Assembly (NCBI RefSeq): GCF_001194135.2
Contig: NC_068983.1
Coordinates: 162,618,586 to 162,682,585 of the forward strand
From: Octopus bimaculoides
Taxonomy: Eukaryota
Direction: 5' to 3'
DNA length: 64,000 bases
Of the stretch, positions 1-11,959 are shown piece after piece. The first letter of the stretch is position 1. Each line of letters starts with the position of its first letter. The notes under the pieces are model-generated. The model was given only the letters and a program-made list of their open reading frames with translations. It did no database searches and was not told where the DNA came from. The position numbers were made by a program, and so were the translations under genes.

Positions 1-375
1 CTTCGAGTAAAACCACCAATTGAAGAGAATGTGACCAAAGACTGCGTGTACTCCATCCCATGCAGCTGTGGTAGGTTATACAAAGGCGAAACGTGTCGCC
101 CCCTCAAAATAAGGGTAGAGGAACATCGCAAAGCTGTGACACGGGGAGATATTGATAAATCGGGTATAGCTGATCATGTATGGAAAAATTGAGACCACCT
201 CCCCCTGTGGGATGAAGTTAAAATAATAGACAGAGAACACCACTGGAAAATAGGAAAACTAAAAGAAGCAGCACATATGTTAGGACACAACAACCTCCTA
301 AGCAGACCGAGTGCAGATATAAATAGCATATGGGAACCGGTATTGAGGAAGGATAGGAAAATATTAGATTTATAA
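1..375 (+). pseudogene. Penelope-like element GIY-YIG endonuclease C-terminus (one in-frame stop)
   Basis: Frame 1 reads LRVKPPIEENVTKDCVYSIPCSCGRLYKGETCRPLKIRVEEHRKAV...DHVWKN*DHLPLWDEVKIIDREHHWKIGKLKEAAHM...LDL*. This matches the PLE GIY-YIG pattern VYxIPC-xC-xxYxGET.R.L..R..EH. Confidence 0.9.
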
Positions 376-398
376 GCCCTAAGAGTCACTCCATAATT

Positions 399-684
399 GC
401 CCACGGGCATATGGCGTAGTGGTTAAGATACCGAGTTCGATTCCAAGCAGTGACCTGAACACTAATAATAATAATAATAATAATAATAACATCGAAAAAT
501 ACCTTAGGAATGAGATGCCAGGTTCGAAATTTCCCCAAGACACTTGATGAAGGCTGGATATATCAGCCGAAACGTTGTGTTAACAACAAACAAGATGAGG
601 ACAAATATCCGTCGAATGTAAATAATGTAAATAATGGACATAATTCCTCATCTCTTAAATATAGAACTGTATAATTCTTCATCT

Positions 685-690
<6 letters not shown>
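399..690 (+). mobile_element. PLE 3' end/pseudo-LTR with tRNA-like head, (TAA)n, hammerhead motif and hairpin
   Basis: Directly follows the GIY-YIG stop. Box A TGGCGTAGTGG at 412-422, box B AGTTCGATTCC at 434-444, (TAA)n at about 463-488, hammerhead at 539-581, inverted repeat AGATGAGGA 593-601 / TCCTCATCT 645-653. Confidence 0.75.
539..581 (+). ncRNA. Minimal type-I hammerhead ribozyme (C3>U variant)
   Basis: Stem I GACAC/GTGTT; core TTGATGA plus an extra A; stem II GGCTG/CAGCC; GAAA; palindromic stem III ACGT; cleavage triplet GUU. Confidence 0.7.
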
Positions 691-721
<31 letters not shown>

Positions 722-767
722 NNNNNNNNNNNNNNNNNNNNNNNNNNNNNNNNNNNNNNNNNNNNNN

Positions 768-823
<56 letters not shown>

Positions 824-824
824 G
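679..824. repeat. (TA)n - N gap - (CA)n microsatellites
   Basis: Dinucleotide runs flanking an assembly gap; typical of the gaps throughout the window. Confidence 0.95.
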
Positions 825-825
825 A

Positions 826-897
826 AATTTTGAATTTAGTTAACGGACCCCCAGTACTACCTTTGCGGACCACCAGGGGCCAGGTTGGGAACCGCTG
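826..897. mobile_element. Possible right end of a hAT-type non-autonomous element
   Basis: Ends in GGTTGGGAACCGCTG (reverse complement CAGCGGTTCCCAACC, a hAT/Charlie-like TIR). The left end and TSD are not visible. Confidence 0.4.
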
Positions 898-911
898 GTA
901 TACTGATACGA

Positions 912-1146
912 GTGAGGGTGCATGGTTTCGTGGGTAGGGCATTCGGTTCGTGGTTGTAAGGTCACGAGTTTGATACTCGGCGACGCGTTATGTCCTTGAG
1001 CAAAACACTCTATTTCGCATTGCTCCTGTCCATTCAGATGGGAAAAGATGTGCTGTACCTGTAATTCAAAGGGGGTCAGCCTTGTCACATTCTGTGTCAC
1101 GCTGAATCTCTCTGAGAACTACGTTAAGGGTACGCGTGTCCGTGGA
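912..1146 (+). mobile_element. SINE family C (tRNA-like head), 3' truncated
   Basis: Degenerate tRNA head, TGTCCTTGAGCAAAACAC, and the CAGCCTTGTCACATTCTGTGTCACGCTGAATCTC block shared with copies at 3.9, 7.1, 8.9, 24.0 and 62.1 kb. Confidence 0.8.
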
Positions 1147-1159
1147 TATGTCTGTCCGT

Positions 1160-1553
1160 CTTTTACTTGTTTAAAGCATTCAACTGCGGCCATGCTGTAG
1201 CACTGCCTTGAAAAATCTTTAGTCGAACGAATCGATCACAGTACATATTTTTTTTAAAGCGTGGTAGTTATTCTATCGGTCTCTTTTATCGGACCGCTTA
1301 GTTGCGGGAATGTAAACACACCAACGTCGGTTATCAAGCGGCGGTAGGGGACAAACACACGGGCACACACACACATATATATATATATATACAACAGGCT
1401 TCTTTCAGTTTCCGTCTACCAATTCCACTCACAAGGTTTTATTCGGCCTGAGACTATAGCAGAAAACACCTACCCAAGTTGCCACAGAGTGGGACTGAAC
1501 CTAGAATCATGTGTTTGAGAAGCAAGCTTCTTAACACACACCTGCGACTGCGC
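1160..1553 (-). mobile_element. SINE family B (bipartite, internal microsatellite)
   Basis: Homologous over its full length to the copies at 34.6-35.0 and 40.1-40.6 kb; tRNA-like head at the high-coordinate end. Confidence 0.85.
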
Positions 1554-2108
1554 CAACGCACGCACGCACGCACGCACGCACGCAGGCACGCAAGCACACA
1601 CACACACACGCAAGCACACACACACACAATTTATTTAACAATCTCTAAGCACGCCTACCCGCACACAGATTCACAAAGCAGACGATAATGTAGTTTAAAA
1701 GAGTCTAAAACTATATTATCTCTCTGATAGTAATCTCAATTTCAGCTGCCATTGTTTAGAATCGTTACATTATCTCTGCTGGCATATAAATAGGAACACT
1801 GTACTTGACTGCGTAGTGTTTCAGAAAACTAACAACTGTAATATTTCCCTGACCAATCAAAAGCCTCTCTTTTTAGTCTCGTCTTCAACAAAAGAAAATA
1901 TAATTTTGATGCAAAGGTTTTGGTGAATGTTTTAAAAAGCAAATGAAATACCATTTCTAGAATAATATATGGATTTTAACCATTTCTAGAATAATAATAT
2001 AGTGTCTTTTAATAGTTTTCTTTTTACTCCGAATTTAGTGTCTTTTAATATTTTCTTTTTACTTCGAATTTAAAAAGAATTGCTCGAAAATGCTTAATTA
2101 AACATTAA

Positions 2109-2487
2109 TTAGAAGAGCACTCAGACAGCGCAAACCTCCGCCAAGGCAACACCAATGTCCTCTCAATGATTAGCCAGAGATGATTTTTAAAATGAGAATA
2201 TCTGACATAAACTCGACTGCTCTCATAAACGAGAATACTAAAAATGAATCCGACCGCTCTCAAAATTAAGTAAAAAAAAAAAAAAAAAATCAGGAAAAAT
2301 AATCCAGAATCCTTGTCGGGTACCGGATCGATCCTAAAATCTAATCAGTTCGTGCCAGTCACGAGGCTAAACATCCCTGAAAGTTTCTTTGAAATCCATC
2401 TCGCTGTTCTTGAGATATCTTGTCCACGGACAAAGAAACAAACATGACTGAAAAACAATACCTCCGCCTTCGCTAAGGCGGAGGTAA
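2109..2487 (-). mobile_element. HINE (non-autonomous Helentron/Helitron2-type element)
   Basis: Terminal hairpin ACCTCCGCCTTCGCTAAGGCGGAGGT, subterminal inverted CCTCCGCCAAGG and central GATCCGGTACCGGA-like palindrome; reverse complement of 18299-18673. Confidence 0.8.
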
Positions 2488-3674
2488 CTATAAATTTCTG
2501 TACTTTCTTAATGATTCAATTCGTTAATACTTCATGAAGTTACTATGAGTCTGCACTTCTCTGAAGAGTTTCCAAAGAAAGAAACATGCTTGCAGTTGTC
2601 TCTCTTGCTGATATAAGCATAACATTTTTCATGAACTAATATTTTTCCTTCATTGTATATCCGATATTACGATGGCTTTTAATTTAAGGCATTAATTTAC
2701 AGCATTGTGCTACCCTCACTCACCTAATCCTATTTATTCGGTGTTTATTTAATAAAGCAAGTGTCCTCAGGGATGCAAGATTTGTTAATTCAATTGTTCA
2801 TTTGATGAATATTTTTGCACAATTATAACTCAGTTATGTCGACATGATGTCATTATCGATATTTATCAAACCAAAAAGCACATATTCATCCTATTGCACA
2901 ATACATGACATATACAGCACATGTATATTCAATAGCAAAACGACTATATTAACCCATTGCCTGCCATGGGCCCCAATTGGAGATATGCTAAAAACAGTCT
3001 CACTGCCGAGTGTTCGTTGTATTTAAAGTGAATTGCTTACGTACATTGCATTTATAGAGGTATGTTTAACAATATTTAGTAGTTAAAGTTTATCATTATT
3101 AGCTCTGGCTAATTCTAGACGACATTTTATGTCATAAATTGCAGTTTTTGAACTACAAAAATATTGACTGATTTGAAAAGGTTTTTCTTTTTCTTATTTG
3201 TTTTACATTTCCCACCTGTATCATTCATTGATATTTCTTTCACATTCTCAATTGACACTAGAGTTTCAAAAAAGACTAAAATATTTATTATCGCAATTGA
3301 ATAGAAAAGGATAGATATGCTTTTTTTCAACGATCTCCATTTGCGACTTTCCGAAAAATTTATCACAATTTCCAAAATAATTCACATATGAAGAAAATTT
3401 TAATACTATATATTATTTTAACTTCTAACACACCTGGCAAAGCCAAAAAATATGAATTAAAAAATCTGGCAGTTAATGGGTCAATGACTTATGCATATAC
3501 AGAATTTATCTCTTTAATAACATCAATGTGTATAACACGACGTCTAATATTATTCTATAGCGGACCAACACACACAATATTAATTTATACTACGTTAACA
3601 TTGCATCATCGATGTAAGAAATAAATTATGTGTCTCTTTTAGAAATTTTAATCTTGCAGTAATATAACGAATCA

Positions 3675-3742
<68 letters not shown>

Positions 3743-3752
3743 NNNNNNNNNN

Positions 3753-4043
3753 TTGAGCGAAAACACCTAAGGCTCCACGAGGCTCCGGCAGGGGGTGGTG
3801 ACGAACCCTGCTGTACTCTTTCACCACAACTTTCTCTCACTCTTTCTCTCTGTTTCTGTTGTACATGTATTTCAAAGAGTCAGCCTTGTCACACTCTGTA
3901 TAATGCTGAATCTCCCCGAGAACTACGTTAAGGATCCACGTGTCTGTGGAGTGCTCAGCCACTTGCACGTTAATTTCTCGAGCAGGCTAGTCCGTTGATT
4001 GGATCAACTGGAACCCTCGTCGTCGTAACCGACGGAGTGCCGT
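3753..4043 (+). mobile_element. SINE family C variant, head lost in gap
   Basis: Family C body with the complete 3' stem-loop end CCCTCGTCGTCGTAACCGACGGAGTGCC. Confidence 0.8.
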
Positions 4044-4075
4044 AGTTTTATATATATATATATATATATCCTTAC

Positions 4076-4422
4076 ACTATCCACTTGTAATAACAAAATA
4101 TGAACTCCTTTCGGAATGTGCATGGACAAGAATCATTTCTACCCATTCTACACAGCACTTTCCTTGGATAATGAAACCAACATCCTTCATATATTTTTAC
4201 TTTTATGTTTATTGTCTTATTTCCCTTGATACTTCCTATATCCCTCCTTTTCAAAAATAACTTCTTATTTTGAACTCTACTATTTCCTTGTAGTTAACTC
4301 TATCATATCATCTCTGATGAAGGGATATCACTAATATCCCAGAAACAGCTGTAAGACTACCTTTCTCTTTATAAATGTCCTATAAATTCCAGACAGCCTT
4401 AGTTTTGTTGTCTCATTTTATT

Positions 4423-4425
<3 letters not shown>
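4076..4425 (+). mobile_element. PLE 3' end/pseudo-LTR remnant
   Basis: Frameshifted NK..ELLSEC..KNHF resembles the PLE ORF terminus (LNKRSEL.SKCRH.NKFLL) and is followed by an AT-rich UTR containing a hammerhead. Confidence 0.55.
4311..4356 (+). ncRNA. Minimal type-I hammerhead ribozyme with intact core
   Basis: Stem I TCT/AGA; CTGATGA at 4314-4320; 7-bp stem II GGGATAT/ATATCCC flanked by A/A; GAAA at 4342-4345; palindromic stem III ACAGCTGT; GUA triplet. Confidence 0.8.
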
Positions 4426-4516
<91 letters not shown>

Positions 4517-4564
4517 GGATGCAGTCGAATTGTAGAAATGTTAAAATACTTATCTGTATGTTTG

Positions 4565-5400
4565 TCATTGTTTAATTATGTTTATCGATGTCCCGAATTG
4601 AAATTCCGTAGCCGTAGCCAAATCGATTGATAATGAAATCTTCAAAAATTGTGCTTTTGTGTCAATGCAACCTAATATCTTAGCAGTAAACAAGATCGTT
4701 TGATACCATAATGAGTACCGGAGGAAATGTCTTGCAGTGTTTAGTTCCATCTCTTTATTCGATCTGACTTTGAATATTGTAGGGATTGGCTTGGCTCGGT
4801 TTTTCATCATTCTAGTGTTGACAAAAGAGATTTGATATATCAAGAGGTGATTCATTGGATTCGATCTCAGTACTAATGTGTCGTTCATATTCTTCGAGAA
4901 ACGCTAGTTACAAATGTACTTTAAGAGTTCTGGAACAATTGCCTTCTTAGAGAAGCTCAGTAGTTCATTAGACAACAGCAATATTGATTGGTGAGTCTGT
5001 AGAGTAATGGTCAACCTAGCTGAAATGGTTCCCATCCTGTCATTGGAACCAGACAGTGTCCAAGACCACGACCTGTTTCATATCACCGTCTGAGAAGTAT
5101 AAAAAAGTTTTGTTAGCTCGCCATGTTGAGTACATGTCCTTTCACGAAATCAATGTCATCAACACTTATAACAGGACTGAATTTGTAGTTCCATGACTTT
5201 CATTTCAAAGTAGTCTCGAAAAAACAAGGGGCACCAACATGGAAGCAACAGTGACACATCTTCAAGAATGAAATGATCTCTTATCTAAATTTATAAAATT
5301 TGAACATTTCATTCTAAATTTGATTTGTGAAATGTCACATTGTTAATTAAATTTCTCATATGTTCCTCGTAAATTTTGCTGCCAAATCTCCAATCCGTTA
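4565..5400 (-). pseudogene. Decayed PLE reverse transcriptase N-terminal region
   Basis: Minus-strand peptides MRNLINNVTFH, ANKTFLY (cf. ADKTxNFY), TRMMKNRAK (cf. CRLINPAK) and ISLSIDL..ATEF...SINIIKQ (cf. SISxDLL..AL.FA...DII). Confidence 0.45.
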
Positions 5401-5727
5401 CCATTGCACACGTCTCTACTTACACATTTCCACAGAAATTTAGGAAAAAATCTAATGAATTACAAACAATAAAGACCAACGCAAAATATTGTAGCGATAA
5501 ACGCTAGCGCGATCCGAATTTTCTTAACGTTTGACGCCATTAATCTGGCAAAAACCTAAATGATGAGACAACCAGAGGCCACAAACAGCGCAGGTTTCAT
5601 GTCAGAGCTTTCTTCTTGGATGTTTGTTTACATATACATGTAACATACACAAATACATGCACATACACACGCACACGCACACACACAGACGCGCGCACTC
5701 ACACGCACGTACACACATATATTAGTG

Positions 5728-6000
5728 AGAGCGCATAGCTTAGTAGCTAGGGTGTTGCACCCTCAATCTAGCCATCGTGGTTTCAATTCTTAGACCGAGT
5801 GGAGTGTTGTGTTCTTGAGCAAAACACTTCATCTTACATTATTCTGCCGTCACTTCGATACTTGACGCATGGTAAACGGTGCACCTGTTGAAACAACGTC
5901 GATTTGATGGAGGGAGCGAGCTAATGCGCGGCACGAACATTTGATCATGATAAACAAATCATTTGTGCAGCTCGTTCGGCAGGTGTTGACTTTCATCAGT
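5728..6000 (+). mobile_element. SINE family C-like head with alternative body
   Basis: tRNA-like head plus TTCTTGAGCAAAACACTTCATCT; body shared with 33510-33720 (TTGACGCATGG...ATTTGATGG). Confidence 0.7.
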
Positions 6001-6613
6001 CCTTTGGTAAATTTAGTTTTCTTTTTATCCGGCAGGGTGTCCAAACTTGCCTGCCTCAACATGCACGCTTTGGTGGCGCTGTCGGTTTATTCGCCGACGT
6101 CTCGGCTGTGCGCAGTTGCATTAGTTCATGCGTATCCAAAGGAAGACAACGTGTATACATGTATACGTATAAGGATATACATACACGTATGGATGCACGT
6201 ACGACTGCACTTACAAATATACACGTTTGATCACACACACACACACACACGCAGAGTATGAAGCCAAATGGAGAGAGAGAGAAAGAGGGGGAAGAGAGAA
6301 ATAATGAGTACAGTATCTATGGAAGTATATACGTATGATGTGGAGGTTTGGTGCAGACAGTGTTAGAATAAGAGGAGTACCTTGGCTTATTTTGCTTCAA
6401 TGAGATTACGTAAGGAGAAAACCTGCAAATTAAAAAGTCTTTAAAACCGTAATTAATCAATTAATGCAATTAATACAAAATAATTAGCGGAGGAGGAAAT
6501 AAAGCAGATCAAAGAGAGTTTTTGTTTTAGCTGCTGTTTCTGATGCGTCTTGCTGGAAAAAAAAAAACCTATAAAAATGGAGAGAGAGAGAGAGAAAGAG
6601 ATGGAGATAAATA

Positions 6614-6674
<61 letters not shown>

Positions 6675-6944
6675 AATTCCGAGTAAAGAAAGGAAAAAGG
6701 AAAACAGTAATTTTTTTGAACTGTCAGGTGGACACATTGCTATTTTGTTCGGAAGAGATTGCGACCGGACAAAACACAAATCAACAAGTTTTCAAACCGG
6801 AATTAATCCATTAATGTAATTAATACAAAATATTTGATGAAGGAGGGAGGAATGAAGAGAATGAAACAGATCAAAGACAGGTTTCATTCCTCCTCTCACA
6901 TCTTCATTTCATTCTTTTCATTATTCAAGATGTGCTTATTTTTG

Positions 6945-7150
6945 TGCGCAATGGCCCAGTGGTTAGGACAGCGGACTCGCGGTCTTAGCATCGCGATTTC
7001 GATTCCCAGACCGAGCGTGGTGAGTGTTTATTAAACGAAAACATCTAAAGCTCCTCGAGGCTCCAGCAGGAGGTGGTACTCTTTCACCACAACTTTCTCC
7101 CTGTTGCACTTGTATTTCGAAGGGCCAGCCGTGTCACACTCTGTGTCACG
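6945..7150 (+). mobile_element. SINE family C variant, truncated where the HINE begins
   Basis: Box A TGGCCCAGTGG, box B ATTTCGATTCC; body like 3753-4043 with an internal deletion. Confidence 0.75.
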
Positions 7151-7174
7151 TTGAATCTCCCTGAGTGCCACCAA

Positions 7175-7538
7175 TTTTTCTGTTTGTCCGGGTTATTCTT
7201 TTCAGTCGGCTTTGTTTGTTTGTCCGTGGACAAGATATCTCAAGAACCGCTGGATAGATTTCGATGAAACTTTCAGTGATGTTTGGTCTCGTGACTGGCA
7301 CGAACTGATTAGATTTTGGGATCGATCCGGTACCGGATAAGGATTCTGTATTATTTCCCTGTTTTTTTTTTTTTTTACTTAATTTTGGGGAGCGGTCGGA
7401 TTCATTTTTAGTATTCTCGTTGTGAGAGCAGTCGAGTTTATTTCAGATATCCTCCTTTTAAAAATCATCTCTGGCTAATCGTTGAGAGGACGTTGGTGTT
7501 GCCTTGGCGGAGGTTTGCGCTGTCTGAGTGCTCTTGTT
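7175..7538 (+). mobile_element. HINE, 5' end damaged
   Basis: Homologous to 18299-18673; ends GCCTTGGCGGAGGTTTGCGCTGTCTGAGTGCTCTTGTT. Confidence 0.8.
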
Positions 7539-7692
7539 ATTATATTGATATGCAATACACTAAACAAGTAATCCTAACAGAAATTGGTTTTATTCTGCAA
7601 GAGCACTGGAGAGAAAAAATATTTTTGTTCTGCAGTTTGTTGTTCTAATGTAAAGATATCTGCTTGGCTCAATATGTGTGCATGAAATATAC

Positions 7693-7902
7693 TTTTCTAC
7701 TCTAGGCACAAAGCCCGATATTTTTTGGAGGGGGCCAGTCGATTACATCGACACCAGTACGCAACTGGTACTTAATTTATCGACCCTGAAAGGAAGAAAG
7801 GCAAAGTTGACCTCGGCAGAACTTGAACTCAGAACGTAAAGACAGACGAAATACGCTAAGTATTTCACCCGGCGTGCTAACGTTTCTGCCAGCTCGCCGC
7901 TT
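7693..7902 (-). mobile_element. SINE family A
   Basis: Reverse complement begins GCGGCGAGCTGGCAGAAACGTTAG (box A-like), contains GAGTTCAAGTTC (box B-like) and the shared GCCTTTC..CCTTTC.GGGTCGATAAA module. Confidence 0.9.
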
Positions 7903-8029
7903 TGTGAGCACGAAATATAGCGCTAGTGATGAGAGAAACAAGGACTTGCTGAAACTCTGAGGGACCGCGCCTGAGATTTGTTAATGGACAATATCGCTAG
8001 AAAGTGAAGATATTTCAACCGAAATAGTA

Positions 8030-8400
8030 TATCTGACTGGGTAAAGGGATTACATGGAAGGGAAATAGTTTTGCTTGGCACTCCCAGTCATAATAATGGT
8101 ATTGATCACATGGGGTATAAGAGTTCTTACTGCTAGTCTTGTACCGTTCCAGAGTTTCGGTGGCCCCAAATGTCGTAACATTATACTGGATGTTCTTGCT
8201 TTCAGTTGTAGATTGTGAAGAAGAACATCAAAGGGTCTGAAGAGAATTCAGAACTTCTCTTGAAACGGTTGGTGGCATCGTTAACGCCAAATTCAGAGTG
8301 ACTTGTTCCTTCTCGATTAGGTTGTTACCTAATGAAAGAGGGCAGCATTAATGTCCAATGTCCTGCATGAAGTCATTCAAGGGTCACAAAGAAGTATAGT
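8030..8400 (-). pseudogene. Helitron PIF1-family helicase fragment
   Basis: Minus strand: REVLNSLQT / LLHNLQLKARTSSIMLRHLGPPKLWNGTRLAVRTLIPHVINTIIMTG, matching the Helitron motif TEFLNSL..PPHNL.LK.G.PIMLLRNLDPPKLCNGTRL.V..L..NVIEA.I.TG. Confidence 0.8.
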
Positions 8401-8734
8401 TGTGGGAGGCGGTGGTGGGTTTAACGATCCCAAATATTTTAGTTTTTAATGAGCTGGTGGAATTAGCGGAGGCGAAAATTCTTTGCTAAAACAATTGATC
8501 TGTAAACTATAACTATTCACTCTGCAGTTATCTATATTGCACGTGCTAAGTCCTTTTTGGATTCAAGACAACTGATGTGCTGATGACGCCTGTTGATGCA
8601 GAAACATGGATCTACAGCTTCCTTCTTGTCTCCAACAAATCAGACAGTCTGCTTTGGCGAATTGTTGGTTCTTAAGATTATCTCTTCTTATTTGGAGTTG
8701 GTGCCAATTACTACAGAGGGACTCTTCTATAACC

Positions 8735-9056
8735 AGCATTTCGTCGGTTACGACTGCAACGGTTCCAGTCGACCTGATCAACGTAAGACCCTGCTCGTCA
8801 GATTAACGTGCAAGTAGTTGAGCACTCTACAGGCACGTGTACCCTTCGCATAGTTCAGAGGGAGATACAGCGGGAGACAAAATGTAACAAGCTTGGCCCT
8901 TTGATTTACAGGTACAACTCATTTTTGCCAGCTGAGTGGACTGGAGCAACGTAAAATAAAATGTCTTGCTCAAGGACAAAACTCACCGCCAGGAATCGAA
9001 CTCATGATCTTACGATCGCAAGTCTAATATCCTTACCACTGATCCACGCGCCTTCA
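8735..9056 (-). mobile_element. SINE family C, near full length
   Basis: Reverse complement starts GTGAAGGCGCGTGGATCAGTGGTAAGG...GAGTTCGATTCC; family C body and tail. Confidence 0.85.
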
Positions 9057-9781
9057 CATAAAAAACATCTATAAACATGGAAAAGATTTATACATAACAG
9101 AAACCTGGAAAAATTCAGCTTGAGTTTGTATCTGCTTGGCAAGGAAAAATATATGCAAATATAATTACATACAAAAAACTTGCCGTAAGTCATTCAGCCA
9201 ATTGTATGCGCGTCTGTTTATGCAAGGATATCTGTCTGCATAACTCTCTGTCTGTTAGTCTATCATCTGCCTTGTATATACTCTAAACGTTTTTATTTCC
9301 CCCAATTAAATAGAAAAAAAAACAACTTAAATTAATAATCACAGTGACATCACGTTCTCCGTTAAGTGGGAACCCATTTCCATTGTCAAAACTCCTATAT
9401 TTAGCGACAGATAGCAACAGTGATTCTGCATTAGCAACCAAATTCCATTTTAACTGCGTTTGTCACCATTTATCGTTCGTAGAAGCCTAGACTGTATCTC
9501 TTCAAAAGATATGAGCCACCTGTGGCCCACTTAGTATGAGTGATGCGCTGACAGAGAGAGAGAGAGAAAGGGAGAGAGAGATAGAGAGAGAGAGACGCAA
9601 GCAATGCACTCTTTCTTTATATCTAACATTTTTCTGTTAGAAAAGCGATGCAAACTTGATACACTAAAACCTTATCTATTATATTAGAGCATATATAATA
9701 TTAACTTATTGTATTATTGGTTGTATAATATCAGTATATCATTGGATATATAATATTATCTGGAAATAAAATTGACTGATA

Positions 9782-9815
<34 letters not shown>

Positions 9816-10060
9816 GAGATAATAATAATAATAATAAGTGGCAGAAACAAATATACGAATCATTTTGATCAACTTTCGTTACTGCCTTCATCATCATCTT
9901 CTCCATCATCATAATCATCATCATCATCAGCATCATTATTATCAACGCGATGAACAAATAGAACATGTTAGACGAAAATAAAAGAAATCTAGAAACATTG
10001 AAATAAGCATCATTTTTGGTAGATTGCTCGAGTTCAAATCTCGTCTTCCGTTTTACTGGA

Positions 10061-10101
<41 letters not shown>

Positions 10102-10124
10102 CACGTATATATATNNNNNNNNNN

Positions 10125-10158
<34 letters not shown>

Positions 10159-10259
10159 CTCTGCATTTTGTTTAGATATCTCTCTACGAGCTGAGAGAAG
10201 GAACACTAATACTTTCGGGTCGCTTGTTTGCATCTAAGGATATAGACGGGTTCTTTTTG

Positions 10260-10640
10260 AACGAAAGCATACGTCCTCTAGAAACTGGGGTTGCTCTGTG
10301 CAGGGCCTTTCCACAGTTTAAAAAACTTGATTTTTCAGGGCCATTCCAGAGATATTTTTCAGGGCCGTTCCACAGACATTTTTCAGGGCCTTTCCACAGA
10401 CATCGCTTGATTTTTAACATCTCTATTATGTGTTGCATGCCATGGTTGGCAGTAACGGAAAAGGTAAAAACACTCAAAAATTCCATGAGAGAATGAAGGC
10501 ATGTATCAATGGTGGTGTGGCAAGCTCTCTGAACACCTACTGCAAGAGGCATCCATCATCGCCACATTTGAGTCGCTCATGTGTAAGAAAACAGTCAAGC
10601 GACGGTATTGCTCGAAATCAACTTGTAATACACTTCTATA
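10260..10640 (+). mobile_element. Paralog of 12175-12350; probable CR1 ORF1 remnant
   Basis: About 230 bp of clear nucleotide homology to 12175-12350. Peptides GKNTQKFHERMK and MCKKTVKRRYCSKSTC resemble Cys/His-finger ORF1 proteins of invertebrate CR1s. Confidence 0.45.
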
Positions 10641-10665
10641 TATGCATGCATATATACATACATAC

Positions 10666-10699
<34 letters not shown>

Positions 10700-11959
10700 N
10701 NNNNNNNNNNNNNNNNNNNNNNNNNNNNNNNNNNNNNNNNNNNNNNNNNNNNNNNNNNNNNNNNNNNNNNNNNNNNNNNNNNNNNNNNNNNNNNNNNNNN
10801 NNNNNNNNNNNNNNNNNNNNNNNNNNNNNNNNNNNNNNNNNNNNNNNNNNNNNNNNNNNNNNNNNNNNNNNNNNNNNNNNNNNNNNNNNNNNNNNNNNNN
10901 NNNNNNNNNNNNNNNNNNNNNNNNNNNNNNNNNNNNNNNNNNNNNNNNNNNNNNNNNNNNNNNNNNNNNNNNNNNNNNNNNNNNNNNNNNNNNNNNNNNN
11001 NNNNNNNNNNNNNNNNNNNNNNNNNNNNNNNNNNNNNNNNNNNNNNNNNNNNNNNNNNNNNNNNNNNNNNNNNNNNNNNNNNNNNNNNNNNNNNNNNNNN
11101 NNNNNNNNNNNNNNNNNNNNNNNNNNNNNNNNNNNNNNNNNNNNNNNNNNNNNNNNNNNNNNNNNNNNNNNNNNNNNNNNNNNNNNNNNNNNNNNNNNNN
11201 NNNNNNNNNNNNNNNNNNNNNNNNNNNNNNNNNNNNNNNNNNNNNNNNNNNNNNNNNNNNNNNNNNNNNNNNNNNNNNNNNNNNNNNNNNNNNNNNNNNN
11301 NNNNNNNNNNNNNNNNNNNNNNNNNNNNNNNNNNNNNNNNNNNNNNNNNNNNNNNNNNNNNNNNNNNNNNNNNNNNNNNNNNNNNNNNNNNNNNNNNNNN
11401 NNNNNNNNNNNNNNNNNNNNNNNNNNNNNNNNNNNNNNNNNNNNNNNNNNNNNNNNNNNNNNNNNNNNNNNNNNNNNNNNNNNNNNNNNNNNATATATGT
11501 ATATATATATATCTGTTTAGGTATATTATATATGTATGCGTGTGTATATGTACATGTTTTTGCCCCTCGGCGTGTAATATAGAACATTGGCAAGAAAAAA
11601 AAGTAAAACAAAACGTCAGTCCCAATAGAGTAAGTAATAGACTTAAAATAATTGCTTGGAGTGATTTGATTAATTAAATGTCTTCCAGTGGGTGCCCCAG
11701 TATGGCCGTAGTCCAGTAATGAAAACAAGTAAAAGAATATATATATATATATTTACAGACATACACAATATAATCAAATAGCGAAATGGTATTTCTACTT
11801 GAGAATTATTCACAGATTTTAGAGCTCAATGTCTAACATTACACTAAATTCCAACATTGTATAACTGCTATTGCAGTATCAAAAGCAGCCATGGTTTTGC
11901 TTAAAGATTATATTTGGTTAAAACGATTGATGAGATCAATATTCTGTGACAGTTTACAT

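Noticed and set aside
190-192. In-frame TGA in the PLE GIY-YIG as selenocysteine (Sec-encoding PLEs are known)
   Set aside because: It falls at a position usually Gly/Asp (W.N.H), not a conserved Cys. The downstream hairpin is Watson-Crick paired through its ATGA and lacks the SECIS G-A quartet. A point mutation is simpler.
8237-8270. Hammerhead mimic CTGAAGA...GAAACGG
   Set aside because: It lies antisense in Helitron helicase coding sequence; stem II is misregistered and there is no palindrome or UH.
8580-8612. Hammerhead mimic CTGATGA...GAAACATGG
   Set aside because: Only a 2-bp stem II, no U16.1 and no stem I complement.
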